Positions 1-11,031 of a DNA stretch of 39,860 nt are shown here, piece after piece (within the stretch, counting starts at the first letter, position 1; each line of letters begins with the position of its first letter). This DNA is from Octopus bimaculoides. Its lineage: Eukaryota. Position numbers and translations under genes: made by a program. Location of the stretch: the NCBI RefSeq assembly GCF_001194135.2, contig NC_068982.1, positions 115,930,355-115,970,214 of the forward strand, read 5' to 3'. The notes below the pieces were generated by a model that saw only the letters and a program-made list of their open reading frames with translations, was not told the origin of the DNA and did not search any database.

Positions 1-48
<48 letters not shown>
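1..48. repeat. (TC)n microsatellite
   Basis: Perfect TC dinucleotide run at the window start. Confidence 0.98.
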
Positions 49-49
<1 letters not shown>

Positions 50-1974
50 CTGTATATACATCTCTGTATATACATGCCTTGACCTAGAAAAGTTATGGAC
101 AAAGAAGTTCCGGTTGCGAGCAGAACCAGTTTTTTGCATAGAGGGCACTCCAATTTTCAACGTGTTTTTTCCTGTTATTGCTTAGCAGATGTGTGATTTA
201 AGAGAGATTTGCCTAGTGTTTCTTGTAGAGTAAGCAATCACATAAAGGCCCCTCCGTCTGCTCATCATTTTTGTGGATGGGAATGAGCAGAGCAGATTCA
301 GCCGAGTGTCTGTCCCCTTTTGTATTATAATGCAGTTGACTTCGTTTTTGCAGCTTTCCGGAGTCGATGAAATAAATACAAATCAGCCAGTATTAGAGTT
401 AATATAACTGAATATTTGAAGACGATTGATTGTATATGATTATAAATTATTGTACAGAGATATGTAAAATATATATTTGTATATATATACGTAAGTATAT
501 GTCGATTAATGTTCACACACCGGTAAATGCTCACAAATAGACATTTTCCCGAGAAATCGAACAGAGATTTGTGGGGTAAATAGGACGTTGTTGAAGTAAA
601 AGCAAATACTAATTGTTGGTAATATAATAACTATAAGTGCAACACTGCCTATGCAGTGTCGTTTCGACATTCATTCTCAACAATACTCCGTGGTGGTTGT
701 AATAAATTGTTGGCTAACTCCAAAAACCTAATTCTGCTGTATACCAAATTGCAGACAGCACTTGTTATATTTGCTATGAATAAACTTTGGTTTGAACCTC
801 TTTTTAGAAATTACCTTAATACAGTTGGAAAATCTGCCTCTTTTTCAATAGATGGTTCTATCACATTTCTCATTCACATTCGCTCCTTCTGTCTCTCTTT
901 TTCTTTCTCTCCTTCTCACTCTTTCTCATAATACACATTTGCTATCATTCTGCTTATCCCTTCCACATATGTACAGTCGGACACACACACACATACACAA
1001 ACACGCGCACACACACACATACACAAACACACACACTCACATACACCTACGCATATGCCTGTGTTGTATCATGCTTGATGAATTATATCAAAAATATAAA
1101 AAATACATAGTAATTTGACAATGCGAGTTAATTTGATTAACAAATGCACGTGCAGGCATAAACACAAACATACATACACATCCCAAAATAAGATTACCTC
1201 ATTTCATTATGTACACCTAACCTTTTCGATGTTGATGCATTATAAAGCATTTGTAAAATTTTATAAGCAAGAGATGTAACCATATACGCTGCTACTGTCT
1301 CTAAAATCCTAACTTTTAGAAATGAATGCTGTCTTTTAGAAATGAATGCCAGTCTTGTTTCCTTTACTCAATCATCACACGTATGAAGAAAATAAATATA
1401 AAAACACACAACCAAAATCATCCAGTTGCTACAAATGTTGAGCCTAACAGCCACTGAAGGTCTCAGATCTCTCCTTGCAAATGTACATCCTCAACACAGC
1501 AACAGCTACTTCACAAATTGGGACTTTCTTCTTCAAGACCATTAAATACTTCAGCTTTCAAACAACTTCTGATCCTCAACAGAGCTCGGGTGATATAGAA
1601 TGCTGCTCCTACTTCTGTGAAGTGCTGCGGTTACACACATGCACTTTATCAGTAAAGTAATAGCTCACGACAATTTTCGATTTGCCCAAGCATTAATAAT
1701 TAGTTTTCATGCATCTAGATATCCTTGGGTAGTTTTCTCCTGTCTTTCTTTTAAGTTATTACCCTACTCAGTGATCATACATGAAACACCTCTATCTCTA
1801 GTCAATCTCAAATCTTGCCGTAAATGGTTTCATTATTGATTCTCTGATAAGGACTAATATGACCAAAGTATGACCGAAATATATCTGAAGTTTATCACCA
1901 TATATCTAAAGATCAAACTCATTCCTTACTGCATTCTACTTTTATTCAACTATTTTTAGTTAATTAAGATTAAG

Positions 1975-2371
1975 CGTGATCACTGCCAGAGCAGCTGACT
2001 GGCTTCCATGCCAGTGGCACGTAAAAAGCACCATTCGAGCGTGATCGTTACCAGCGTCGCCTTACTGGCACTTGTGCCGGTGGTACGTGAAAAAACATTC
2101 GAGCAAGGTTTTTGCCAGTGGCGCTGGACTGGCTCCTGTGCAGGTGGCATGTAAAAAACATCACTTGAGTGTGGCTGTTGCCAGTACCGCCTGACTGGCC
2201 CTCGTGCCAGTGGCATGTAAAAGCACCCACTACACTCTCGGAGTGGTTGGCATTAGGAAGGGCATTCGGCTGTAGAAACTCTGCCAGATCAGATTGGAGC
2301 CTGGTGAAGCCATCTGGTTTGCCAGTCCTCAGTCAAATCGTCCAAAAGCAGACGTTAAACAATGATGATGA
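1975..2371 (+). mobile_element. 5'-truncated octopus SINE with four internal ~65-bp units and an RTE-like (ATG)n tail
   Basis: Four diverged units (tgccag..ctgactggc..tgccagtggcaygtaaaaa) start near 1984, 2049, 2113 and 2179. They are followed by ggttggcattaggaagggcat and end in gacgttaaacaatgatgatga. The same tail occurs reversed at 6977-7135. Family assignment is from recall. Confidence 0.75.
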
Positions 2372-3325
2372 TTTGTTTTCATCATTATTGTAGTTTTATT
2401 TCAAATTTCCTGGAAAACTACATCAATTATGCTAGTGGCCACTTTACTATGAAGTTTTAAGGGAACAGGCATCTCTTGTAATTTCCCCACTCTTTGAGAG
2501 TATCTTTTTCTCACGACACTCATTCAACATTTGTAAATCCGTCTATACCGCACCCAATACACTTTGAGACACTTCAATTCCACCAATGATGTATGATAAT
2601 TGAACCCGGCTTTTCTTTCATATGACCAATGACAGCTGGGGTAGTGTATAAGGCTTTGTAGAAAAAAAAAAGAACACATGGGAAAATGAAATAATAAATG
2701 ATATTTGTTGTTTAACCCAGATCAGACCCGATCAAAGAAACTTCTGATAAAAAGTGCTTCAACCTGGATCCATGTATTTTGGGGCGGGAGAGGACTAGGA
2801 ATACATTGTCAAATGTTTCTTCAAGTCAGTAGGCAGCGATTTGAGAGGTATTTGCTTGCTGTTTTTAGGAGATTGAATGATCTTTGTTGGGGAGAAGATA
2901 AATTTTTATAAAACATAGTCAACTTGCTTGGTTCATATATAGTTACTGGTATATATGAAAGAAATTTGAACTAGAATTGCATAAGAAAGGAAATGATTAT
3001 TCCTTACACAAGCAATAAGCCACAAATGTGTATAATCAACTGACTAATCCTTGGCACATGCCTAATAATCTAGGGTTAGGCAGGGTTGCCCATAATGATT
3101 TAGGGGACTTTTGGGATTGATGGAATGAAGTTTATTTTGAAACTGAATGATTGCAATTGAGTGGACTCTGCTAGGATTAAAAACTGGTGTTAAACCAAGC
3201 AATAGATTACTAATCTATAGGGCTTTCCTATAAGTAGGTTATCTCCCTTGGCTAGGCGGCGCTCCATGTAGATAATTAAACTTCCGGAGGCTACCCACGC
3301 CATTGTTATTGTTTTACGTCTTATC

Positions 3326-3538
3326 ATGGATATAAAGCAGCTTGATGATTCAGCTATCGAAGTACTTACTGTGCCTGAGTTAAAGAAATATTTAAGATTA
3401 TATGGACAGTATGTTACTGGAAGAAAGGCGGACTTGACTGAAAGGTTGAAAGGAATAAAAATTCTGTCGATGAAGAATGTCAACAAAGTAAATTCATCGG
3501 ACGATAAGTCTGAAATATCGGACGATACTTCAGACAGG
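3326..3538 (+). CDS. N-terminal fragment of a SAP-domain protein, probably transposon-encoded; truncated by an assembly gap
   Basis: 71 open codons from ATG to the gap. LTVPELKKYLRLYGQYVTGRKADLTERL (3365-3448) fits the SAP consensus LxVxELKxxLxxxGxxxxGxKxxLxxRL, followed by an acidic Ser-rich linker. Confidence 0.7.
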
Positions 3539-4407
3539 NNNNNNNNNNNNNNNNNNNNNNNNNNNNNNNNNNNNNNNNNNNNNNNNNNNNNNNNNNNNNN
3601 NNNNNNNNNNNNNNNNNNNNNNNNNNNNNNNNNNNNNNNNNNNNNNNNNNNNNNNNNNNNNNNNNNNNNNNNNNNNNNNNNNNNNNNNNNNNNNNNNNNN
3701 NNNNNNNNNNNNNNNNNNNNNNNNNNNNNNNNNNNNNNNNNNNNNNNNNNNNNNNNNNNNNNNNNNNNNNNNNNNNNNNNNNNNNNNNNNNNNNNNNNNN
3801 NNNNNNNNNNNNNNNNNNNNNNNNNNNNNNNNNNNNNNNNNNNNNNNNNNNNNNNNNNNNNNNNNNNNNNNNNNNNNNNNNNNNNNNNNNNNNNNNNNNN
3901 NNNNNNNNNNNNNNNNNNNNNNNNNNNNNNNNNNNNNNNNNNNNNNNNNNNNNNNNNNNNNNNNNNNNNNNNNNNNNNNNNNNNNNNNNNNNNNNNNNNN
4001 NNNNNNNNNNNNNNNNNNNNNNNNNNNNNNNNNNNNNNNNNNNNNNNNNNNNNNNNNNNNNNNNNNNNNNNNNNNNNNNNNNNNNNNNNNNNNNNNNNNN
4101 NNNNNNNNNNNNNNNNNNNNNNNNNNNNNNNNNNNNNNNNNNNNNNNNNNNNNNNNNNNNNNNNNNNNNNNNNNNNNNNNNNNNNNNNNNNNNNNNNNNN
4201 NNNNNNNNNNNNNNNNNNNNNNNNNNNNNNNNNNNNNNNNNNNNNNNNNNNNNNNNNNNNNNNNNNNNNNNNNNNNNNNNNNNNNNNNNNNNNNNNNNNN
4301 NNNNNNNNNNNNNNNNNNNNNNNNNNNNNNNNNNNNNNNNNNNNNNNNNNNNNNNNNNNNNNNNNNNNNNNNNNNNNNNNNNNNNNNNNNNNNNNNNNNN
4401 NNNNNNN
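3539..4407. other. Assembly gap (N-run)
   Basis: Run of N. Confidence 1.
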
Positions 4408-4468
4408 AATACTACATACACACCGCTCTCTCACTCTGTCTCACACACAAACACACGCACACACACAC

Positions 4469-4602
4469 CCCTTGACTCACTCACACTCTGTCTCTTACAA
4501 ACACACACATACATAAATGTATACAAACATATTTACAAAGACACACGTGTGTATGCGCGTGCGTGCGTGTTTGTAAGAGACAAAGTGTGAGTGAGTCAAG
4601 GG
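4469..4602. repeat. 36-bp fold-back inverted repeat in CA/CT low-complexity DNA
   Basis: 4469-4504 cccttgactcactcacactctgtctcttacaaacac is the reverse complement of 4567-4602 with one mismatch. The 4478-4552 block is also directly duplicated at about 4682-4753. Confidence 0.85.
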
Positions 4603-6206
4603 CTGTGTTGTCATATGCATACATCCAAAGATGTATGTATATTTATGCATGTACGTATACATGACAACAAACCTCTCTCTCTCACTCACACTCTGTCTCT
4701 TACAAACACACATACATAAATGTATACTAACATATTTACAAAGACACACGTGTGCGCGCGCGCGCGACGCGTGTGTGGGTTCCACAATCGCCATTTATTT
4801 CAATTTATCTTGTGAGGGTATTCACGTAAATCATTTTTTTCATTTAATCCCCATTTTAATTTTCGTAAAAGTTTCCAAGTACCAATGAGGCTTTTTGGTA
4901 CATCTTCAATTTTCCCCATTCATGAGAGGCGCCCAGCCATCATTCATCTGAGTCCATCTACAGAATGTCCTCTCAAATTTCTATACAGCATATTTTGCCT
5001 TTTTTTCTTCAAGTATATAAGCAACAATTTCATTCCCGAGCAACGCTGGGTGCCTCTGCTAGTGATTGATAAATTTGAATCCAGCAGGATTTGAAAAGAG
5101 AAATTGATGAATCTAAATTGTGCAAAAATCATAAATGAAAATAAGGTGGGGGTTTTTTTGCACTTGGCTCAAAAATTGTATATTTCAGAGATAATCATGA
5201 GATACATATCTTTCCCCAAAATTTCATGAAGTAGTCTTAATTTCTGGTTTTACAACAAAGAGCATTGTAGTGACGTGTTTCATCAAGGATATTGCTTGAA
5301 TTCACTTGTATTAGCAATGTGAAATGTTTACAATATATGCAAATTGAAAACTATTTTTAATCCATTGTGACATGAGAACACTGAATGACCACAAAGACAC
5401 ATACAATATATGTATATATAGTGATTGTGTTTGAGTGTGTGTGCATGTGCACACTCATATCATCAATTAATGTTCATTTTCCTAGATGACATGGGTTGGC
5501 AATCTTCATAACACAGTTTTTGTGGGTTTGCAAAAATATTTGCACACAAAAGTACATACATTGATCCTTAGAGCAGGGGCATAGAGAAATTAAAAATCAG
5601 CAGATAACTTCACCAGTTATACAATATGGATATAGTGTCTGAAATTACAAAAGCATACAATTGTATTTGGACTTTATCTCTATACTATTGTATGGTGTGA
5701 AAAACTGGAAGGTAAAAAAAGTATCAGTCTCTCAAGTGTCACAAGGCCAGAAAGGGTATAGGTGCTTACTGCAACCCTGTACTTAACTGGTGCTTATTTT
5801 ATCAATCCCTTGAAAGATTAATGTACAAAAGTATTTATCTGATGCTCTGCTGGTGAGGCATATGGTAAAACGAGGTCTCATACAAACTCAGACATTGAGA
5901 AGAAATCAAATTACTACAGGAAATTAGGTCTACTGCTTTAGTGTTCCTGTCTTTTACTGATTTTTCTATTAAAAAAAAAAAAATAAATAAACAGAAGGGA
6001 AGGCTCTACCCATGAAGCTCTCCTGAAACCAGAGACCCAAAGGTTTGCAGCAGAGGTGATTCCGCCAAAGCACCAGAGGTGGTGTTACATCTAGTCAACC
6101 ACCCAAGTAGTAGTCTGTGGTGGAATTTGAACACAGAATTCCAAGAGCTGGAATGAATACAGCAAGGTACTCAGTCCAACGTTCTTACAATCTCTTCAAT
6201 CCAACA

Positions 6207-6407
6207 CCCTACATTGTTCAGCCTAGTTGGTAACAGAAGGTTTAAGCCAGCCAAATCTAGCCCCTTATGCCTATCCCACAATATCATTCCTAAAGTTAAA
6301 GAGTTACATCATGGAAAACTTACAGATATAAGATAATGCATAACTAATTTGAAACAGTGTGTATAATTGCGTCTTACATTTGGTAGAATAACTTGAATGC
6401 TAAAGGG
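6207..6407. mobile_element. Degraded piggyBac-type MITE
   Basis: Right end aatgctaaaggg is followed by TTAA (6408-6411). The left TIR is only partly recognisable (ccctacattg). Resembles an abundant octopus MITE as recalled. Confidence 0.4.
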
Positions 6408-6976
6408 TTAAGTATGGTTAGCTTGCTAGCTATCATCACAATTTAACTGTACTTATTATGTATTGTACACTAACTAGCAGCAAAGTGAATTGGCTTGAGC
6501 TTTATTGAACTACATTTACTCTAGATGTACTACACTGAGAAAGTCATAAGTGTGACCCTGGTAACCTTTAGGGTTGTGATACTCACTGCATTAACCAAAA
6601 ACATGAGAGCATAAGCATTGTTTTAAGTAAGAGGTGCTATGATACTGTAATATCAATAAAATTAGTCTCGTAACATTTTAAAAAAGATTTTCAAATTATT
6701 TTATTTATATCACAAGCAGTCTTGGGAGACAAGATGAACATCACTTCTCTTAGTTGTTCCTTTATAACTCTGAAGCTTAGTGGCTAATCATTTAGTGTGT
6801 ATTGCAAATAGCTGTATCTGTTTCACATGCATAGGAAAAAGAGTGTTGTTGAGAAATTATATTCAGGATTCCTTATGATTACTGTGACATTGTGGACAAC
6901 AAGTGTATCACAATATATACAAAGAAGACAGTGAACCAATGTATAATGACATTATAGTCTCAAGAGAGAACAAATC

Positions 6977-7135
6977 ACCATCATTTAACATCCGTTCTCC
7001 ATGCTGGCATGGGTTGGACAGTTTGACAAGAGCTAGCTAGACAGAAGACTGCACCAGGACTCACTGTCTGTTTTGGCATAGTTTTTATGGCTGGATGCCC
7101 TTCTTAAACACCATCCACCCCACTGAGTGGACTAG
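6977..7135 (-). mobile_element. SINE 3' fragment with RTE-like tail
   Basis: caccatcatttaacatccgttctccatgctggcatgggttggac...atggctggatgcccttc is the reverse complement of the tail family seen at about 2240-2371. Confidence 0.7.
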
Positions 7136-7660
7136 AATGTACACAGGAAAGATGTACTGTAACATGTACAAATGATGGACAACAAATGAACTGTGATACA
7201 TGTAGACAGCAGAAGTACTGTGATTACATTAGACAGTAGAACTGCACAGACAGTGGACAACTGATGTAATGTAACTTTTATTGACAGTGGACACTAGATG
7301 TAATGTGTCATGTACAGATAGAGCTGGTTCAGTTTGACAGAACTTTGAAAGAGGCTGGATATTAAAATAGTGTCAGCTGATGTATAAATGTCTAAGCTGG
7401 TATGTATATGTGGTTAAGATTGACAATTTGTGCTGGTTAAACAAGAGCCATAAAAGAATAGGACTAAAGAAAACTAAGGAAGATGTTATAAGATCAGATC
7501 TCGGTGAGCTTTCTTAACAAACATGATACAAAACTGCAACATGAAGTGATAACCTGTATGACAAACAAACATAGAAATAAAGACTATTTTGATAAGGATG
7601 ATGAGATAGTCTGTTCACAGAAGAAATACAAAAAAAAGATTAAACTTTTCTAATCAATAT

Positions 7661-7666
7661 TTTATT
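7661..7666 (-). terminator. Candidate AATAAA polyadenylation signal of the PPP1R3 transcript
   Basis: The minus strand reads ttttttacAATAAAatattgattagaaaagtttaatctttttttgtatttcttctgtg, a hexamer followed by a U-rich downstream element. Other AATAAA sites (e.g. 9351-9356) exist. Confidence 0.45.
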
Positions 7667-9770
7667 GTAAAAAAATATACATCACTATAAACATATCACA
7701 CATGGAGAGGAGAGTAAGAAATCAACAGCATGAGTAGAAAGTTGTCTCCCCACAAAGTGCCGATGTTTCTTGAACATGACTACTTGAATACATGCATTGG
7801 CTTGTGGTGGGCAATAGCAATGCTATAATGGCTAAGCTTGTGACTATTAAAATGATGAGAGCAGTTCAGTGAGACAAGGTTATAGTTAAGATATTTCAAA
7901 TTTATTAAATTCAAGCAAGTTTGAATAAAATCCATATTAATTTGTCAGTAAAACCTGATGATTTCATTAATACTTGTTTATAGTAAACATGTGTTGCATA
8001 TATATATTACACATAATTATATATACATACATATATATATATATTGTGGGTATGTTGATAACCATAAAAAAATACATATTATTCACCCAACCACATTTAT
8101 TGTTCACAGATGCTGCTTGTATAGAATTGTGCAAAGATTAACCTATAGATATATATAGGTCTGTGTTCAAGAAAAAAATATCTATTGGATTAATCAATCC
8201 AATCATATGAAAGATACATGGTAGAATTATCTGGACAGGAAATTATGCCACCAGTAGATAGATTTACCAAACTCATATCTCCAGTAACAAACAGTGCAAT
8301 TTCATTTCAGTACGTGGAAAGCAGATACTAGCATATTTCAAAATATTAAACCCAAAAGCTACATTTAAAATATGCGTATCAATATTGCTTTCCAAGTACT
8401 TCATTCATTCCATAAATAAAGACATGCAAGTCTTTTTATCTATGTTAGGAATATTCAGGACAAACACAGGAGTAACTGAAAATATTTGGTTAAGTGTAAT
8501 TGTAATCAATATTGGTGGTAGCAGCAAAAATCATCAAGAAGAGTGAAAAATTTAATTAATTTCTTTAATCTTCAAATTGCATTCTGCTATTAAAGAAAGT
8601 TTGTTGAAACAAATGCATGTTTGTTTCCCTTCATTTCAGTTACTCAGTAAAATTGATGTTATATGTACGTGGAGAAATTGGTAGAAAGGCAACAAGGAAT
8701 TTAGATTTTTTTTTTTCAAATTAATCCAGAAATTAAAAATTTCCCTTTAAGAAAGTAGAGCCAGAAGTTAAATATGTATATATAGGCATATACGTGTATG
8801 TGTGTGTGTGTGTATATTATTGATATATATATATGTATGTATATTATATATATAATACATAAATATATAAACTGAGATATCACATTAACAGATTCATTTA
8901 ACAGTCATTCGAAGATAAAAAAAAAAAGGAAGATTTTCTTTCCTTCTTTCATAATCTGTATTATTTTACAAAACAAAAAATTTTACAGTGTTTTATAACA
9001 CTAGGCGTACTGGAGTGACATAGCAACAATGATGATGCTGATATTTTTCTGCCTTTGTTAATTAGACAGGTCATTATTTTTCATTAATTTGATAAAATGT
9101 TTTAGAAAAAAATTTAGGCTAATATTTTAGAGCTATAGAAATTTCTAATTTATACAAGCCACCTTTATAATAAGTTTCAAATTCTACCTTCCTTTCAGAT
9201 TTGCTGTTGGTTTTTGTGAAAAATACTTATAACACAGGTAACATTTTTCTATTTAATGTTTAGGGTAGCAATTTAGATACAGACAATCGTAAAAACCTTG
9301 ATGAAATATTGATTGTCTGAACTGCCATAAGTATATTCGGGTTTTTTTTTTTTATTGTGTTGTCAAATGAAAATATCTTTCACTATTGTAGAAAGAATGC
9401 GCCTGGTTTTGTTGTTTGGTAGGAGGAGAGGGCACAACAGCCCCATATCAACCCCAAATGTGTCAAGAGTTAATAGCCATCTAGCCATCTAAGATCACAC
9501 AAGCAATAAATATTACGTAGCTCCATCATTAATTGGCTGGAACGTGCTTTAAACTCACATGGACACAGCTTAGCTCTGGTGAAAATAAAAATAAAAGTGA
9601 AACAATTTTGTTTATCATTGTATTCATCAGTCAATACAACTGTTATCCAATAATCTATACCCTCTCTTTAGAAGAGGCAGATTTTGTGAGTAATTGAGTA
9701 TGTTGAAACACCATATTCCACCAAGTCTGTCAGATGGACGGTATGGGGAGTTAATGAAACTTATAAAGCT

Positions 9771-10712
9771 TCACCAATAAGGGACTGTTGGGTCCATACT
9801 ATTCCAACTAGCAAATGTCGTATCAATGTCAGAAGACTTAAAATCAATGGATGGTTTGGGATTTTCATTTGCATACGATGAGACAATGAGGTAGTCATTA
9901 CCATAATTATTGTCCCAGTACTCTTTGTTATCAGTCCGGTAAGCAACAGCAAAGAGGATCTGCTTTCTGATATCAAAGTCTGTTGGTACATTCATTTCAA
10001 ATGTGAAAGTGTCGAAACGACTGCAACCATTTGTGTTTAGGTAGGTAGCGTCAACCTCTCCTGATGAGTTCCAAGAATCGAAAGTACATTTAACATATAC
10101 ATGTTTCTCAAATGCAACATTTTTTACTTTTATTGTACCAGTAACTTGATAGTCTTTGAGAATTACATTCTCCAGAGAAACAAAGTTCTTTTCAACACGG
10201 TCTCTGAAAGCAACATAGTCAGCTGCAGGTTGTGTGAAGCACAACTTTAATGGAGGTATGCTAGTAACTGAAGCTGATGATCCTTTTGTAAGGCTGGAAA
10301 GTATCTCTGGACGAACTAATGGAGGAACATCCGAAGGTTCAGTCATAACACGAATAGTGGCCAAAGCAAAGCCAAAACAGTCTGCAAAAGATACTCTTTT
10401 CTTTTGTTTCCCTGGTGACAGGGGCCGTAGAGGTGAACGATTTACTGGGCTGGTTGGTTCTGAACTGGATTGTGGGCTGTCTGGGATGATAATTGGTTTT
10501 AATTCACTTGAAGCCTTCCGGCTCATACATTGTTCAATATAAAGAGGAGCATGGGCACAAAAGCTTCGTTCAGCACTGGAAAGAGGTTCACAGAAAATGT
10601 TGCTGTTAAGAAACTCCAGTCCAGTTCCAGGTGGACTGGAAGAGAGTATGTAGGTAGTGTAATCAACTTGCATCCCTGTGTTTGGCAGTAGGTGCACATC
10701 AGTTCCAAGCAT
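9771..10712 (-). CDS. PPP1R3B: Protein phosphatase 1 regulatory subunit 3 (glycogen-targeting; PPP1R3B/PPP1R3C-like co-orthologue), 313 aa, single coding exon
   Basis: Intact ORF with the PP1-docking KKRVSFAD (RVSF at 10386-10397), FTQPAADY..FRDR..KNFVSLEN, the CBM21 glycogen-binding motif VKNVAFEKHV, the substrate motif WDNNYGNDY and the C-terminus FASWNSMDPTVPYW. The B versus C paralogue cannot be resolved for an invertebrate. Confidence 0.95.
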   Translation of the reverse strand: MLGTDVHLLPNTGMQVDYTTYILSSSPPGTGLEFLNSNIFCEPLSSAERSFCAHAPLYIEQCMSRKASSELKPIIIPDSPQSSSEPTSPVNRSPLRPLSPGKQKKRVSFADCFGFALATIRVMTEPSDVPPLVRPEILSSLTKGSSASVTSIPPLKLCFTQPAADYVAFRDRVEKNFVSLENVILKDYQVTGTIKVKNVAFEKHVYVKCTFDSWNSSGEVDATYLNTNGCSRFDTFTFEMNVPTDFDIRKQILFAVAYRTDNKEYWDNNYGNDYLIVSSYANENPKPSIDFKSSDIDTTFASWNSMDPTVPYW

Positions 10713-10716
10713 GTTA

Positions 10717-10740
10717 CTGGAAAAAAATTAAGAAAACTCT
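10717..10740 (-). promoter_or_regulatory. 3' splice acceptor immediately upstream of the PPP1R3 ATG
   Basis: The minus strand reads agagttttcttaatttttttccAG|taacATG: a polypyrimidine tract plus CAG, with the exon starting at 10716. Confidence 0.75.
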
Positions 10741-11031
10741 TAGATAGATAGATGATTCATGACAAACAAAAACATAGCAAAAATGAAATCAAAAAAGAAC
10801 AACCATCAGAATTACCCTGCCATCCATCCGACAGAAATTTCAAGACATAACCCACTAAGTGAAAATCTGTTTCCCCCCGTCACTGTCAAAAAGCATTTAT
10901 CAATTAATATTCATGCTGTTCCACATTAGCAGAAATCAGAGTCAAGTAATTCTTCAGCTTTGAAGCTGACAATATATCAAAAATGGACAGGATATAAGAA
11001 TTCACTGGCTCTAGGAGATATCAGTGTTAGT

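Noticed and set aside
60-880. Possible DNA-transposon or Helitron remnant at the window start
   Set aside because: No termini, TSD or recognisable protein motif. Only a short SINE-tail match is seen at about 196-250.
2430-2950. Possible L1/Tx1 LINE 3' remnant on the minus strand (LEETFDNVFL..., IIHHWWN)
   Set aside because: Similarity is too weak to support without a database search.
3190-4434. 414-aa and 313-aa minus-strand ORFs
   Set aside because: They are artefacts of reading through the N-gap and antisense to the SAP ORF.
10234-10542. Antisense ORF overlapping PPP1R3 (also 9761-9991 and 10523-10708 in alternative frames)
   Set aside because: Shadow ORFs of a real CDS with no recognisable motifs.
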